From: Octopus sinensis
Lineage: Eukaryota
DNA: 64,000 nt
Direction of reading: 5' to 3'
NCBI RefSeq assembly: GCF_006345805.1
Contig: NC_043019.1
Location: 28,023,360 to 28,087,359, forward strand
Part shown: in pieces, positions 32,186 to 44,700 of the stretch
Position numbering within the stretch: the first letter of the stretch is position 1
Layout of the letters: each line of letters starts with the position of its first letter
Program-made: the position numbers and the translations under genes
Notes under the pieces: generated by a model
The model's input: the letters and a program-made list of their open reading frames with translations, nothing else
The model's database searches: none
Told to the model about the DNA's origin: nothing

Positions 32186-35100
32186 CTGTTAAAAGATAGA
32201 AAGAAAGAAGTTACACAAATCAGTGTGTTACACAAATCAGTGTGGAACACAAAAAAGATTTAGTGATAATGTTGTTTAGCAGATCTATAAACAAAACCTT
32301 TCCAGTCATGACCTTCCTGTTTTTTTTTCCTTATTAATATAGTATATCTAAGAGTATCTTCTATAAGTATATCCTTTAAGACAATAGTGGTGTGATTTGA
32401 AAAGTGATTTGGCTGTTATTTCTAGCAGGATAAAGCAAATGGCACACAGGTTCTCTTGTTGGGGCAGTGATGTATGTTTATGTAGATGTGTGGTGGCAGA
32501 ACTGAAGCCCTCTGGTACATTTGTCTCAACTGTACATTAAACCCATTAACATTCAGATTACTCTGTCAATTGTAATATTTATTTACTGATATTGTTTTGA
32601 ATTGATCGTGTATTATCTCATAGCTTTGAGACTTCAATGATGTGATTGTGTATTTTTAAAATGACATTGTAGGTTGGGTTTGAGAGGCAAGATCTGGCCA
32701 GTTTGAACATAAAATAAGTAGAATATTTAGGTTGGATATGGCTTGTTTAAATGCTAAAAGAGTTAAACATACCACACACACTCAAAAAGAAAGATGACAC
32801 CAATATGTGGGACAGTTTGTTTTCCCATTGGAATAAGAAAAAGAATTAAGGAATATTTTTATTGTTTTTGTTAATTTGAAATATAGAGAGATTTACAACT
32901 ATATTTGGTAATTAGGTGGTGAACTAGTAAGAGATTGCGCTACATATATTTGGTGTCATCTTGTCTAAATTGAGCTCTGGGGATGATACCATGTAACCGG
33001 TGCCACATAAAATGCTCCCAGTACACTCTGTAAAGTGGTTGGTGTTATGAAGAGCATCCAGCTGTAGAAACCATGCTGAAATAGACTGGAGTCCAGTGCA
33101 GCCTTCTAGCTTGCCAGTTCCTGTCAAACTGTCCAACCCATGCCAGCATGGAAAACTGACATTAAAAGATAATGGTGGGATTCAAAAGAAAGAAGAGCAC
33201 AACAAGTTCTGTTCATGGTCACTGATTTTGAGAGAAAGATACAGTTGAGTAGATCCTTCCTGATAATTATTGAATTGCCAGAACAAGCCAGAGTCAATTC
33301 TTGGCCAAGTTTCAACTTAAAACATAACCATATTTTCCAACATAGAAGTCAAAGTTTTCAGGACAAAATTTACTGCCTCCAAAAAGTAAGTTGACTTATA
33401 CAGCAAGATGGCTTTGGAGGATCAAAAATTCCATGTGAAATGCAGCAGGATTTGGAAAGACGGATGATGTTTGAATGCTTACACAACATACTACATTGAC
33501 TTTTATGTCAGAATATACAGTAGTATATAGGCGCAGGAGTGGCTGTGTGGTAAGTAGCTTGCTAACCAACCACATGGTTCTGGGTTCAGTCCCACTGCGT
33601 GGCATCTTGGGCAAGTGTCTTCTGCTATAGCCCCGGGCCAACCAATGCCTTGTGAGTGGATTTGGTAGACGGAAACTGAAAGAAGCCTGTCATATATATA
33701 TGTATCTGTGTTTGTTCCCCTAGCATTGCTTGACAACCGATGCTGGTGTGTTTACGTCCCCGTCACTTAGCGGTTCGGCAAAAGAGACCGATAGAATAAG
33801 TACAGGGCTTACAAAGAATAAGTCCCGGGATCAATTTGCTCGACTAAAGGCGGTGCTCCAGCATGGCCACAGTCAAATGACTGAAACAAGTAAAAGAGTA
33901 ACAGAGTTCCCATCAGTATTTCCTGTGTTCTACCATCTCTTTAACATAGGCAGAAAGCTATAAATTTCGAGAGAGTGAAGTATTTAATTTAATCAGCCCC
34001 CAGTATTTGACTAGTATTTATAAATTCTTGAAGGTATGGTCAGTCCTCAAAGGGACTGAAGGCAAAAACACAGTTAGACTCTGCAAGGTGATTTTCGACA
34101 GTGCTCCACTGTTTCTTCAAGAACCAATAATGAAATCACAATATCTTGTAATAGATCATTGGGTCACCACTAAAGGATTCACTCAAGAGTCAGTGCACCT
34201 ATTAGATGTGACAGCAGGCTGTTGATTAATTTTATTACATGTCCAGACTGAGAATTTTGGAACCAGAAGTGTCCCAAATTCCTAGATTTTCCAGTTTTCT
34301 GGAGCAACCTAAATATATACTTTAAAATATAAAATAAACTATGAGAAGTAAAGAACAAAATTGTGTTTAACAGATTCAAATTAGTAAACTTCTAAAGAAG
34401 GGTCTGTTTGATATTTATTAATCCTCTTAAAACTCTTAAAGTATATCATACTATACCATGTATACAGTACAATGTTTATAGGATGTAAATTAGATGAAGA
34501 AAAATAAAGAACATGATTTTATTTAACAGATACAGATACAAATTTATACAATTCTAAGATAGAATGTTTAATCTTTATCAATCCACTTTAAAAAAGAAAG
34601 TAAAGAACAAAACTATTTTAAACACACTTTGCAAATTAACTTCAAAAACAAGGATCTGTTCATTTAATACAGAGTACAGTACACTGGACAGAATTACTGG
34701 AAGTCAGATAAGAGATCTGGTATTGTACTAAATACAAGGGATAAGTTAGTTGAAAATAAGAGTTTTACTAAGAGATGACGCCGTGTTCACACTATCTTCT
34801 GAAGTAGGATCACAACAATTCAGAAATGACATTTTACCTCTGGGTGTTTCTTGCTGCAAATTCTGTCACAGATTTGAGTAGCTGTATTGGCTGCAATAAT
34901 ATTTAGAAGAAAACAGTGGACTTAGGACAACAACATTTTGTCAAGACAAGATTTAAACAAAGAAAACAGTTGGACCATCGGGTCAGTTGTATTAATTGGA
35001 GCTGCCGGTTGTGGTCAGTTGGACCAACTGTTCAATTCCAATCAATTCTGACAGCTTTGATCATTTCTGTCATTTGAAATGTCAGCTGACTCAACTCTTT

Positions 35101-38100
35101 TTGTTGCCATGTTTCTGATGAAATACATTGTCTTTGTTTCAATTAGTTTTGAAAATGATAAAAGAAATAAGTAAAATTACTGGTGTTTGGTCCGTACTGT
35201 TGACTGTGGCTGTGTGGGTAAGAAGCTTACTTCCCAACTATGTGGACTTGAGTTCAGTCCCACTGTGGAGCACCTTGGGTAAGTGTCTTCAACTATAGCC
35301 CCAGACTAACCAAAGCTTTGTATGTGGATTTGGTAGCTGGAAACTGAAAGAAGCCCATTGCATGCATGTGAGCATGCGTCTATGTTTCTCCCACTCAACT
35401 GCTTCACAGCCAGTGTTGGTATGTTTGCATCCCTGTAAATTGGAAGTTTGGCAAAAAAGACTGACAGAATAAATATGGGGCTTAAGAAGAGTAAGTACTG
35501 GGGTAAGTTTGTTCATTTAAGCCCTTCAGGGTGGTGCCCCAGCATGACCACAGTCCAATGAATGAAACAAGAGAGAGATAAAAAAAAATCTTCAAAAATA
35601 TTTTTCCTTTGTTACAAAACATCGGTTGGTGCAGGAGAGGAAATGTTAATTGTATGATTTAATTAATCTATGTTACTGGTACTAATTAGTTTTGAATTAA
35701 TATTGATTGAAAGTAAAATTAGCAACACTCGGGACTGATCAATTGGTGACCCTTCACAGAGTTCATATAAGATCCACCCCAGTACACCACTGCTGCTGTT
35801 ACTGCACATACAAATCAATGTCCAATGTGATCAGCTTGTGAGCACGATACAACCACTGGCTAACAGATGTACTGTGTCCTGTCTCTGCTTATTTTACCAC
35901 TGCACTTCTGAAACTGCATACCAACATACAACTCTTTCTCTCTCATCATCTGGGTCTCAGAGTGCAGATCCTAAACATTTCTCAATTGTTCCTCTCTTCA
36001 TCTGCAACCATTTAGTTCCCTTCCAGCTACAAATGTTCAAATTGAATCCTCACTGTCATCATCATTTTGATGGTTTGACAGGAGTGGGCAATCTATAAGA
36101 CTGTGCCAAGCTCAGCTTTCTGATTTGACATGGTTTCTATGGCTGGATGCCCTTCCTAATGACCACCACTTTAGAGCAGTTTGGTGCAGTTAATTCAGCA
36201 ACAGACTCAGCTTTGATACATGTCAACAACAAAACTCTGCAAATATCTGAAGACTTTTTGACTTACTCTTGCTAGCAATATCTGTGAGGCAGATTTCAGC
36301 TTGCTGTAGACAACCAGGTAGGTATAGATCTTGCATCAACGACACTTCTTCATTACATTTCTGAAGAGTTGTAAAGTCCCGATGACCTCTCTTTTCCTTT
36401 GAAGAAAAGAAAAACAAAAAAAAACACATATATATAATATTGATTCACTTTGATTAAATGCTGATCTCTTTCTCTCTCTCCATCTACATGTACATTTGAG
36501 GGGGTACTGAAAAATTCCTGGCTTTGAGGAAAAGAAAATAGAAGAGAATCGTTATGATTTTATATAATATGTTCCGTTGTCAAGTGGTACCCGCACGAGC
36601 GGAAACGACCATTTGGAAGGCCTCCACAACGGTGGAGTTACGATTTCAGGAGGGCAATTGGGATCACGTGGTTGAGAAAGACACGATCCAGAGAGGAGTG
36701 GACAGCGTGCTGTGACCAGCGGTGTCAAATGGATGCCCGACAGACTGGTCAGTCAAAGTGATATTCTGCTCTCAGATTCACATACTTATTGCAGTTGTCC
36801 TTCATTTTTTCTAAGCTCTGTAAAAGAACTCAGAAGGTTTGACCTCCAGCTAGACCTTTTGCAATAGCCCTAAAGCCGGGAACTTTTCATCATCCACTCA
36901 TCATCATCATCATTTAGCATCTGCTTTCCATGCTGGTATGGGTAAGATGGTTTGACTGGTAGAGCTGCACCAGGTTCCAGTCTTATTTGGCATAGTTTCT
37001 ACAGCTGGATGCCCTTCCCAATGCCAACCACTCCAAGAGTGTAATGGGTGCTTTTTACATGTTATCAGCTCAGGAGCTTTTGTGTGCCAGTTACATGACC
37101 TCAGCATTGGCCACAACTATGATTTCCCTTGGCTTGATGAGTCTTCTCAAGCGCAGCATATCGCCAAAGGCCTCAGTCACTTGTCATTACCTCCGTGAGG
37201 CCCAACGTTTTGACAGTCATACTTTACCACTTCGTCCCATGCCTTCTTGGGTCTACCTCACATTTAGAGATGGGTACCTCTTTACACAGTTGTCATGTAT
37301 GTATCTGTGTAGATTTGTAACCCACTCTGCCTCATCAGGCATTCCCTTACACCTCATTCTCCTAACACCCAGCCCCCTTATCACTCCTCTATCTATGGTA
37401 CTTACTCGGCTGGCTGTAATCCCTCAAGATTCTCCCTGTACCTTCAGATCTCTCCTCTACCATACTCCATCCTATCAGCTCATATATCTACTAACATTCT
37501 CAACACCCTCTCCTGTCCCATGTCATGACCCACCACTCACACCCCTATGTATCTCGTTGGATTTGAACTCAGAATGTAATGAATCAAAAATAAAATACCA
37601 CTAAACATTTTGTTTAACATGCTAATGATTCTGTCAGCTTGTTGCCTGAATAATGATAGTAATAATCTTTTCTACTGTAGGCAGATTGGAGCCTGGTACA
37701 GCTTCCTGGTTTGCCAGCCCTCAGTCAAACCGTCCAATCCATGCCAGCATGGAAAGCGGATGTTAAACAACGATGACAACGACAATGATGATGCACAAGG
37801 CCTGAAATTTGGAGGAAGTGGTTAAGTTGATTAGATGGACCCTAGTCTGCAACTGGTACTTATTCATTGATTCCAAAAGGATGAAAGGCAAAGTCAACCT
37901 TAGCAGAATTTGAACTCAGATTGTAAAGATGCACAAAATGTCACTAAGCATTTTGTCTGGTGTGCTAATGATTCTGCCAGCTTGCCTTGATGATAATAAT
38001 AATAATCCTTTCTACTATAGGCACAAGGCCTGAAATTTGGGAGCAGGGGACTAGTTGATTCTATCGACCCCAGTGTTTCACTGGTACTTAATTTATCAAC

Positions 38101-40160
38101 CTTGAAAGGATGAAAAGCAAAGTCGACCCTGGTGGAATTTGAACTTAGAATGTCAAGATGGACAATTCTGTCAGCTCACCACCTTCAAAGTAAGATATAT
38201 TAGCTAGAAATGTGGCAGAAGTAAATCTGTTGATGTAGTTGGGATGGTTTACTTATTGAAAAAATAATTTCCTTTTTCTTTTATATGTTTTTATGCCTGC
38301 CATCACAACTGCTAACCAACACTCCCTTAAAGTAAGAGCCAATCTGTGTAGAATGCAGAGTTATGTGTTTTCTGTGGGGGCCTTAGCTATAATAATGATA
38401 ACCCTTTCTACTATAGACACCAGGCCTGAAATTCGGGGGAGGGGTATAGTCGATTAAATTGACCTCTGTGTTCAACTGGTACTTAATTTATCGATCCTGA
38501 AAGGATGAAAGGCAAAGTCGACCTCGGCGGGATTTGGACTCAGTAAGTAAAGACAGACGAAATGTTGTTAAGCATTTTGCCCGGCATGCTAACGATTCTG
38601 CCAGCTCGTCACCTTAGTAGTAGTAATAATAATAATAATAATCCTTTCTACTGAAGGCACAAAGCCTGACCTTTGGAGGAAGGAGGGCTTGTCGATTACA
38701 TCGACCTCAGTGTTTCACTGGTACTTAATTTATCGACCCCAGAAGGATGAAAGGCAAAGTTGACCTTGGCGGAATTTGAACTCAGGAAGAAAAGTGAAAT
38801 ACTGTTAAGCATTTTATTCGGCGTGCTAACTGCCTCGATAATAATAATAATAACAACAACAACAAACGGAGAGAAAAACTAACCAACCTCAAATTCTTTG
38901 AAGAAATATAATACATCTCCTTGTAGGACTGGACGGTGGTCATAGAGTCGGCTTTGAATTTCACTCAAGTCTTGAAAATAGAAACAAGAAAATATCTTAT
39001 TCGTTGCATAATACACCATCTCCTCTAGTTGAAGGGGAATAAAAGTTGTCTGGAATATTATTCGACAGGGTTTATAGCTCGGAGATCACAGTGTCTCTAC
39101 AGCTTGAGCTCCTATTTCTCTGGATTGAGAGGTCACGGCACGGGTATGACGGACATGTAATTAGAATGTGGCAAGAAACAATTGCAAGACGGTTTCTTCA
39201 AGCTGAGCCAACTGATAGGAGCGATAAGGAGCAGACCTAAGAATGGAAAGTAGTCTATGGATAATATCCATAGTCTCAGCTTGGGGAATCCAGCTGGAAA
39301 GTCTAATGACGGTTGCTTTAGATATGATCCTAAGGAAGACCTGAGGACTCTACCCCGACGACCATCTCAGCAGAAGTAGTGGGTGGAGATGATGGATAGA
39401 CGGATGGATTAATAAACAATTGACCCTCCAAGAAATAGCGGACGGAGATGATAGATGAATAAACTCTTGACCCTCGTGGAAATAGTGGGCGGATGTGATG
39501 GATGGATTAATAAACAATTGACCCTCCAAGAAATAGGGGGCGGAGATGATAGATGCCCGATATGGAAAGAACGAACCTAAGCTCGCGGAAATAGTGGGCG
39601 GACGTGATGGATGGATGAATAAACCTTTGACAATCCCGGAAATAGTGGGCGGAGATGATGGATGGATTAATAAACTGTTGACTCTCCCAGAAATAGTGGG
39701 CAGAGAAGATGAAAGGACGGATTATGTTGTTCTATTTGCGCGGACACAACTCGATGCTTCAAACTTGTTAATACATTATGCACAAAACAAGTCTACTAAA
39801 TGCGGCGGGATTAAGTATTTAAATGCATCAAATGATATTATTTTTGTATTGAGGAATGGTCATTTTGCCAGTTTAGCCAATAAAAATAAAATAAAGATAT
39901 TATTTTGTTCCTAGAAATAATAAATCTTTCAAAACTGACGACGTCTGTTTACTTTTAAGATGTTTTTGCGGGTGTTTATGTGTCTGCATATATGTATGTT
40001 TATCTGCATATATGCAGGCGTTAACATCTAAGACGACATAATTTATTGTACGCATAGGTGTATATATGTATATATATGACAGTGAGTATATTTGTATATA
40101 TGAGTTAACGAAGAGAAACAGAGTTAAAAAGTTACCTTTTATCATTAAATCGAAAGCCAT
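32048..40160 (-). CDS. BLOC1S5: BLOC-1 complex subunit 5 (muted), complete, 142 aa; mostly invisible in the ORF track
   Basis: join(40136-40160,38888-38970,36267-36396,34838-34890,32048-32185), GT-AG, phases consistent. MAFDLMIKDLSEIQSRLYDHRPVLQGDVLYFFKEFEEKRGHRD...EWTDFMTEQCKRSAEVDQ matches recalled muted motifs (SRLLDHRPVIQGE, KEFEEKRG, WDNFMKEQ, AEVD). Confidence 0.93.
33525..33900 (+). mobile_element. tRNA-derived SINE family B with CORE-like box
   Basis: Head ggctgtgtggtaag...ggttcagtccc; ggca(c/t)cttgggcaagtgtctt resembles the CORE-SINE box. Copies at about 14075,14400,24230,35195,45040,53930,57650,58325. Confidence 0.85.
34838..34890 (-). CDS. BLOC1S5: BLOC1S5 exon 4
   Basis: ttgcag|(T)NTATQICDRICSKKHPE|gtaaaa, 53 nt; joins the phases of exons 3 and 5. 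Confidence 0.8.
36267..36396 (-). CDS. BLOC1S5: BLOC1S5 exon 3
   Basis: ttcaaag|EKRGHRDFTTLQKCNEEVSLMQDLYLPGCLQQAEICLTDIASK|gtaagt, 130 nt. Confidence 0.92.
36498..36899. mobile_element. Mariner-like MITE carrying a 190-bp GC-richer insert
   Basis: TIRs gagggggtactgaaaaattcctggcttt / aaagccgggaacttttcatcatccactc; related left end at about 20091; insert 36571-36760. Confidence 0.6.
38888..38970 (-). CDS. BLOC1S5: BLOC1S5 exon 2
   Basis: tttcaag|(D)LSEIQSRLYDHRPVLQGDVLYFFKEFE|gttggt, 83 nt. Confidence 0.95.
39040..39400 (+). mobile_element. RTE-type LINE 3' fragment, antisense in BLOC1S5 intron 1
   Basis: Degenerate GHVIRMWQETIARRFLQAEPT...DNIHSL...LRTLPRRPSQQK* resembles RTE ORF C-termini. 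Confidence 0.65.
39373..39720 (+). repeat. Minisatellite of about 51-bp units (6 full + 1 partial) built from a LINE 3' end
   Basis: gaa(a/g)tag(t/c)gggcggagatgatggatggattaataaac..ttgaccctcc units start at 39373,39432,39479,39530,39588,39639,39690. Confidence 0.85.
40136..40160 (-). CDS. BLOC1S5: BLOC1S5 coding exon 1
   Basis: ATG GCT TTC GAT TTA ATG ATA AAA G|gtaact; FDLMIKD aligns with human HLIIKD. Confidence 0.8.
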
Positions 40161-40164
40161 GATC

Positions 40165-40210
40165 TACGATTCGGAAGTAGATGTATGCTTCCACACATGC
40201 GCAGCCGAAT
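40165..40210 (-). promoter_or_regulatory. Candidate BLOC1S5 core promoter
   Basis: CGGAAGT (ETS, 40172-40178) and CACATGCGCA (NRF1-like, 40194-40203) directly upstream of the ATG. Confidence 0.45.
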
Positions 40211-41115
40211 CAAGTCTTTTTTTACATCCGGTGCCAGCAGTTATCTTTCGGTGAATCGATTAAATGTCTCTATCCTCATGTGGTTTCACCTTTGGCTGTA
40301 ATTACTCCATTAAAGACATTAAAAATCCCAGTTTTCTGTCAAAGTGAAATTTAATTTTTATCTTGTAAAGAATTACTATAAGAATAAACGGAATTACAGC
40401 GGCTGGTGTCAGTACCAGATCGTACAGAAGATCCATTTCGTTGGATCTTTTTGATGGACGGAATTTTCTAGTAAACTAAACAATTTGAAACTTCGTATAC
40501 TGGAAGAATGTGTCAAAAGAAAACATTATGTAAACAAAATTGTAATTTGTAAGTTTAACGTAGTTTAATTCTTCGAATTTTAACCAATGAAATCCCAGCA
40601 TTTGAGCTCAATTGTCAGAGTGTTTTGCAAAGACCACATGGTCTATATTAAATCGCTCTGCAGTCCGCGCATCTACATATTTACCACAACCGCTCAGTTT
40701 CTCGAAAATATGGAACGATACGACCGCTGATACCCTACAGAGAACGACAACAAGAGTTATTTCCCCTGCTTATCCTTTATGCATTTGTAACAAAGAAAAC
40801 CATTAACTTTGAAGTTAATCTAACCAAAATAATGAGTTCGATCCACTCACCCAATGAGTCTTTCTGCCAAATTTGGTGAAAATCTATTCAGTTGTGTTTG
40901 CAAACACCCAAAAATGAGTGACTAGGATTTTGAACTCAGAACACTGCAAACAAATAGCATTAGGGCATTTTTTCCAGTGCCCTGATAATTCTGTCATTCC
41001 CCCATCCTTAAAAGTAACAATTTCGCATCAGCCTTAAAAGTGTGTAGTGAATTCGAAATCGAATCGCTGGGTCACTGAGTAGACATCGTAAACAAGCCAT
41101 AGTAGTTTTACATAA

Positions 41116-41198
41116 TTGGCCTATTAACTAGCCAATCAGCATCAAGCCATCACATGATTTAACTTTCTAGAACTTTCTTATTGGGCCCTATATAAAAG
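41116..41198 (+). promoter_or_regulatory. Orphan CCAAT + HSE + TATA cluster
   Basis: ATTGG 41116, CCAAT 41132, tTTCtaGAActTTCt 41164-41178, ATTGG 41180, TATATAAAAG 41189-41198. Confidence 0.4.
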
Positions 41199-41388
41199 TT
41201 GTCTTTTACTAGTAACCCCAGAATGTTGTGTATCAGGACAATTACCCCCACTAGGACAAATTGCCCCTGGCGACAATTGCCCATCTTGGTTAATTACCCT
41301 CTATCCAATATATTAAGAAGTTTTAAATCATCATCTGTTGTCCTCAGGGGTGGTAAATGTCCTGGACTTGAATGTTGAGACTGCTGCT

Positions 41389-41754
41389 GTTGCTGTTGAG
41401 TGAAGTGGTCTTCATCCCAGTGGGAGAAGTCCGAAATGTGGTCCTTTGCTATTCATAAGACCTGCAGAAGAGAAAGCAGGTCAACCCCCACCCCCGACAC
41501 TGAGAGCATCAACGGATGGATGAATGCGCATCCAGGCTCAGTGGTTGCGTAGGAAGTCGGGGACAAGATACAGGAAGGAAGAGTGAGAGAAAGTTGGAGC
41601 AAAAGAGTATAACAGGGGTTGCCACCACCCCCTGCCGGAGCCTTGTGGAGCTTTAGGTGTTTTCGCTCAATAATCACACACAACGCTTGGTCTGGGAATC
41701 GAAACCGCGATCCTTCGACCGCGAGTTCGCTGCCCTAACCATTGCGCCCCCACT
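41389..41754 (-). mobile_element. tRNA-derived SINE with 14-bp TSD
   Basis: TSD ttgagactgctgct (41375-41388 / 41755-41768); tRNA-like head on the minus strand; relative at about 27890-28030. Confidence 0.8.
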
Positions 41755-44700
41755 TTGAGACTGCTGCTCAATGTCTCCAGACTCATTTTCATCACCAGCT
41801 GTTGGCAGATAGAAGGCACAAGTTTTATTGTCATGAATAAAGTGCAAATATTTTCCAGTTGTGACAGGCCAGCCGTGATTGCTATATCCATTAAATTGTC
41901 GTAGATCCAAGCAGTGTGTCTATCCTGGTGTGTAAATTTTTGTTTGTATTCTTCATTCAAAGACCAACACAGAAAACGTTATGTGCAGTAAATAATAAGC
42001 TTCTGTTGAGTGTTCATAAGTGTTGTTAGTTCCTTCTACAAACAGCTCTAGAAACCCATTTTCATTCACCAGCTGCTATCATGATTACCACAATGACCAC
42101 AACACCCATGACAAGTGTGTAATTTTCCATTATAAATTCCAAACATGTTTAACCCTTTAGTATTTAAACCGGCCATATCCGGCCAAAATAGCTAATCTGT
42201 TTTATGTTCAAACTGACCAGATCCAGGCTCTCACACCTACCCTACAATGTTATTCTACGTTAAGTAATTACACCATCAAGATCTTGAAGATATGAGATAA
42301 TGCATGATTAATACAAATCAATGGGAATCAATAGGCATTATGTTTGATAGAATAATCTGAACACTAAAGGGTTAAAATCCTTTCAAAGAATATTAAGCTG
42401 GTTCTGATATTATGACTGGTGCATTGTTGTATCAACCCCAGAAGGATAAAAGTCTAACTTGAGATTTAAACATAAGGACTAGGTATGTGTGTGGCTGTGT
42501 GGTAAGAAGTTTGCTGCCCAACCATATAGTTTCAGGTTCAGTCCCACTGCATGGCACCTTAGGAAAATGTTTTCTTCTTTAGTCCCAGATCAACTAAAGA
42601 CTTGTGAGTGGATTTATTAGATGGAAACAGTAAGAAACCAGTTATACATGTATGTATATATCCTTTCTGCTATAGGTGAAAGGCCTGAAATTTTTTAGGG
42701 GAGAGGTCTAGTAGATTATGTTGACTTCAGTGCACAACTGCTACTTATTTCATTGACCCTGAAAGGATGAAAGGCAGAATTTGAACTCAGAACATAGTGA
42801 ATCGGAATAAATGTCATGGAGCATTAACGATTCTGCCTGCTTGCCTTCTTTCTTTGTTAAGTTGTATTCTTTATATTTCATCCCTTTAACTTCTACGTTA
42901 TATTCCCATGGACAACTATTGGCCTGTCATAACCAAAATACAGCAGGCTTGAACAAAATGCCTAGGATATCTCAGTATATCTAATGGAACATCCCCTTTT
43001 TTATGCATGTACCTGCTGTGACACAAATTGCACAGACTGATGCAAGACAATTAGATGCATAAAATTCTACCCATAATGGACAGATGCAGGATGAGTCGAA
43101 ACAATCGTCATACTGATTAAAGACTAGTGCCAAATCTATCTTCTGTTTCCTTCATCAATTATTATTATTATTATTAGTGTGATCATTGACAGAGCGGCTA
43201 ACCGGCTTCAGTGCCAGTGGCACTTAAAAGGCACCATTTGAGCATGATTGTTACCAGCGTCGCCTTACTGGCACTCGAGCCCCATGCTAGTAGGGTATAA
43301 GAGCACCATCCGAGCGTGATTATTGCCAGAGCAGCTATGTAGCCTCCGTGCGGGTGGTACATAAAAGACACCATTCAAGCGTGATCGTTACCAGCATTGC
43401 CTTACTGGCACCTGTGCCAGTGGCATGTGTAAAAGATTTGAGCAAGGTCGTTGCCAGTACCGCCTGACTGGCCCCATGCCGGTGGCATGTAAAAGCACCC
43501 GCTACACTCTCGGAGTGGTTGGCGTTAGGAAGGGCATCCAGCTGTAGAAACTCTGCCAGATCAAGATTGAAGCTTGGTGCAGCCATCTAGTTCGCCAGCC
43601 CTCAGTCATTCGTCAAACCCATGCTAGCATGGAAAGTGGATGTTAAACAATGATGATGATGATGATGATCTTTATTTAATTTTGTGATTTTTAGAATAAT
43701 GTTTATTAAAATATATTTAAAATCTTTCTATATGATTTATTATTGATATCTTTCACTATTAATTGAATTACTTAAAAGAGGTTTTATCTTTTAATTATTT
43801 ACATATATTATATTTTGTGAAATTTGATTTAGTATTGCTAAATTGAATTTTTCCCTGTATGTTTGGAATTTTATATTCTCTACTATTAATTATATTATTA
43901 TTATATATGTATGCATGTATTTGGTACCTCCAAAATAGTGATCTCAATGGTAACAGCATGAAACCACTATATTTTGAGTCTTTGACTGACAAAGAAAACT
44001 CAGCTGCTAATATTCCGTGTATAGTGTTTTTGTTTAAATTTCCCATCCATTAAGGTTTCGTCTAGTTTTCCATTTGCTCTGCTTTCATCTTTTTCTCTTT
44101 GTGCTGTTTCTGTTCAACCCTTGATATATATATTATTGCAGAATACTGGAAGTGAATGAATCCACACAATGTCAAGACAAGGACACACATGTATGTGTGC
44201 ATATATATAATAATAATATAAGGGAATATTATTCCAAACTTACAGGGAAAAATTCAATTTAGAAATACTAAATCAAATTTCACAAAATATAATATATATA
44301 TATAAATTTTGTCTTGTATTTAATCTTTCTATAATATGTAATTTTTCTAAATAGTATAATTTAAATTTTCATTATTGAATTGATAAAAGGTGTTTTATTT
44401 TTTATATTTTTATACACACACACACATATATATCATGATGATGATATATACATACATGTTTGTCCTTGTTTTGATATTATGTGATTCATTCACTTCCAGT
44501 ATTCTGCAATATGTCTGGCCATGGAAATAAGTAAGGGTTGGCAACAGGAAGGGCATCTGGCTGTAGAAAATCTGCCTTGTTAAATTCTGACCAACCCATG
44601 AAAGCATGGAAAAGTGGATGTTAAATGATGATGATGATGATGACTATGAAGAAACACTGCAAACATTTTGTCAGTCACTCAAGCCTGACAGCCTTTCTAA

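Noticed and set aside
37044-37604. 186-aa ORF
   Set aside because: Runs through a SINE into pyrimidine-rich repeat sequence, antisense within a BLOC1S5 intron; no domain signature.
43859-44120. Possible exon(s) of a fifth gene
   Set aside because: Stops occur in all plausible frames, no recognisable homology, and the segment lies within the inverted-repeat rearrangement.
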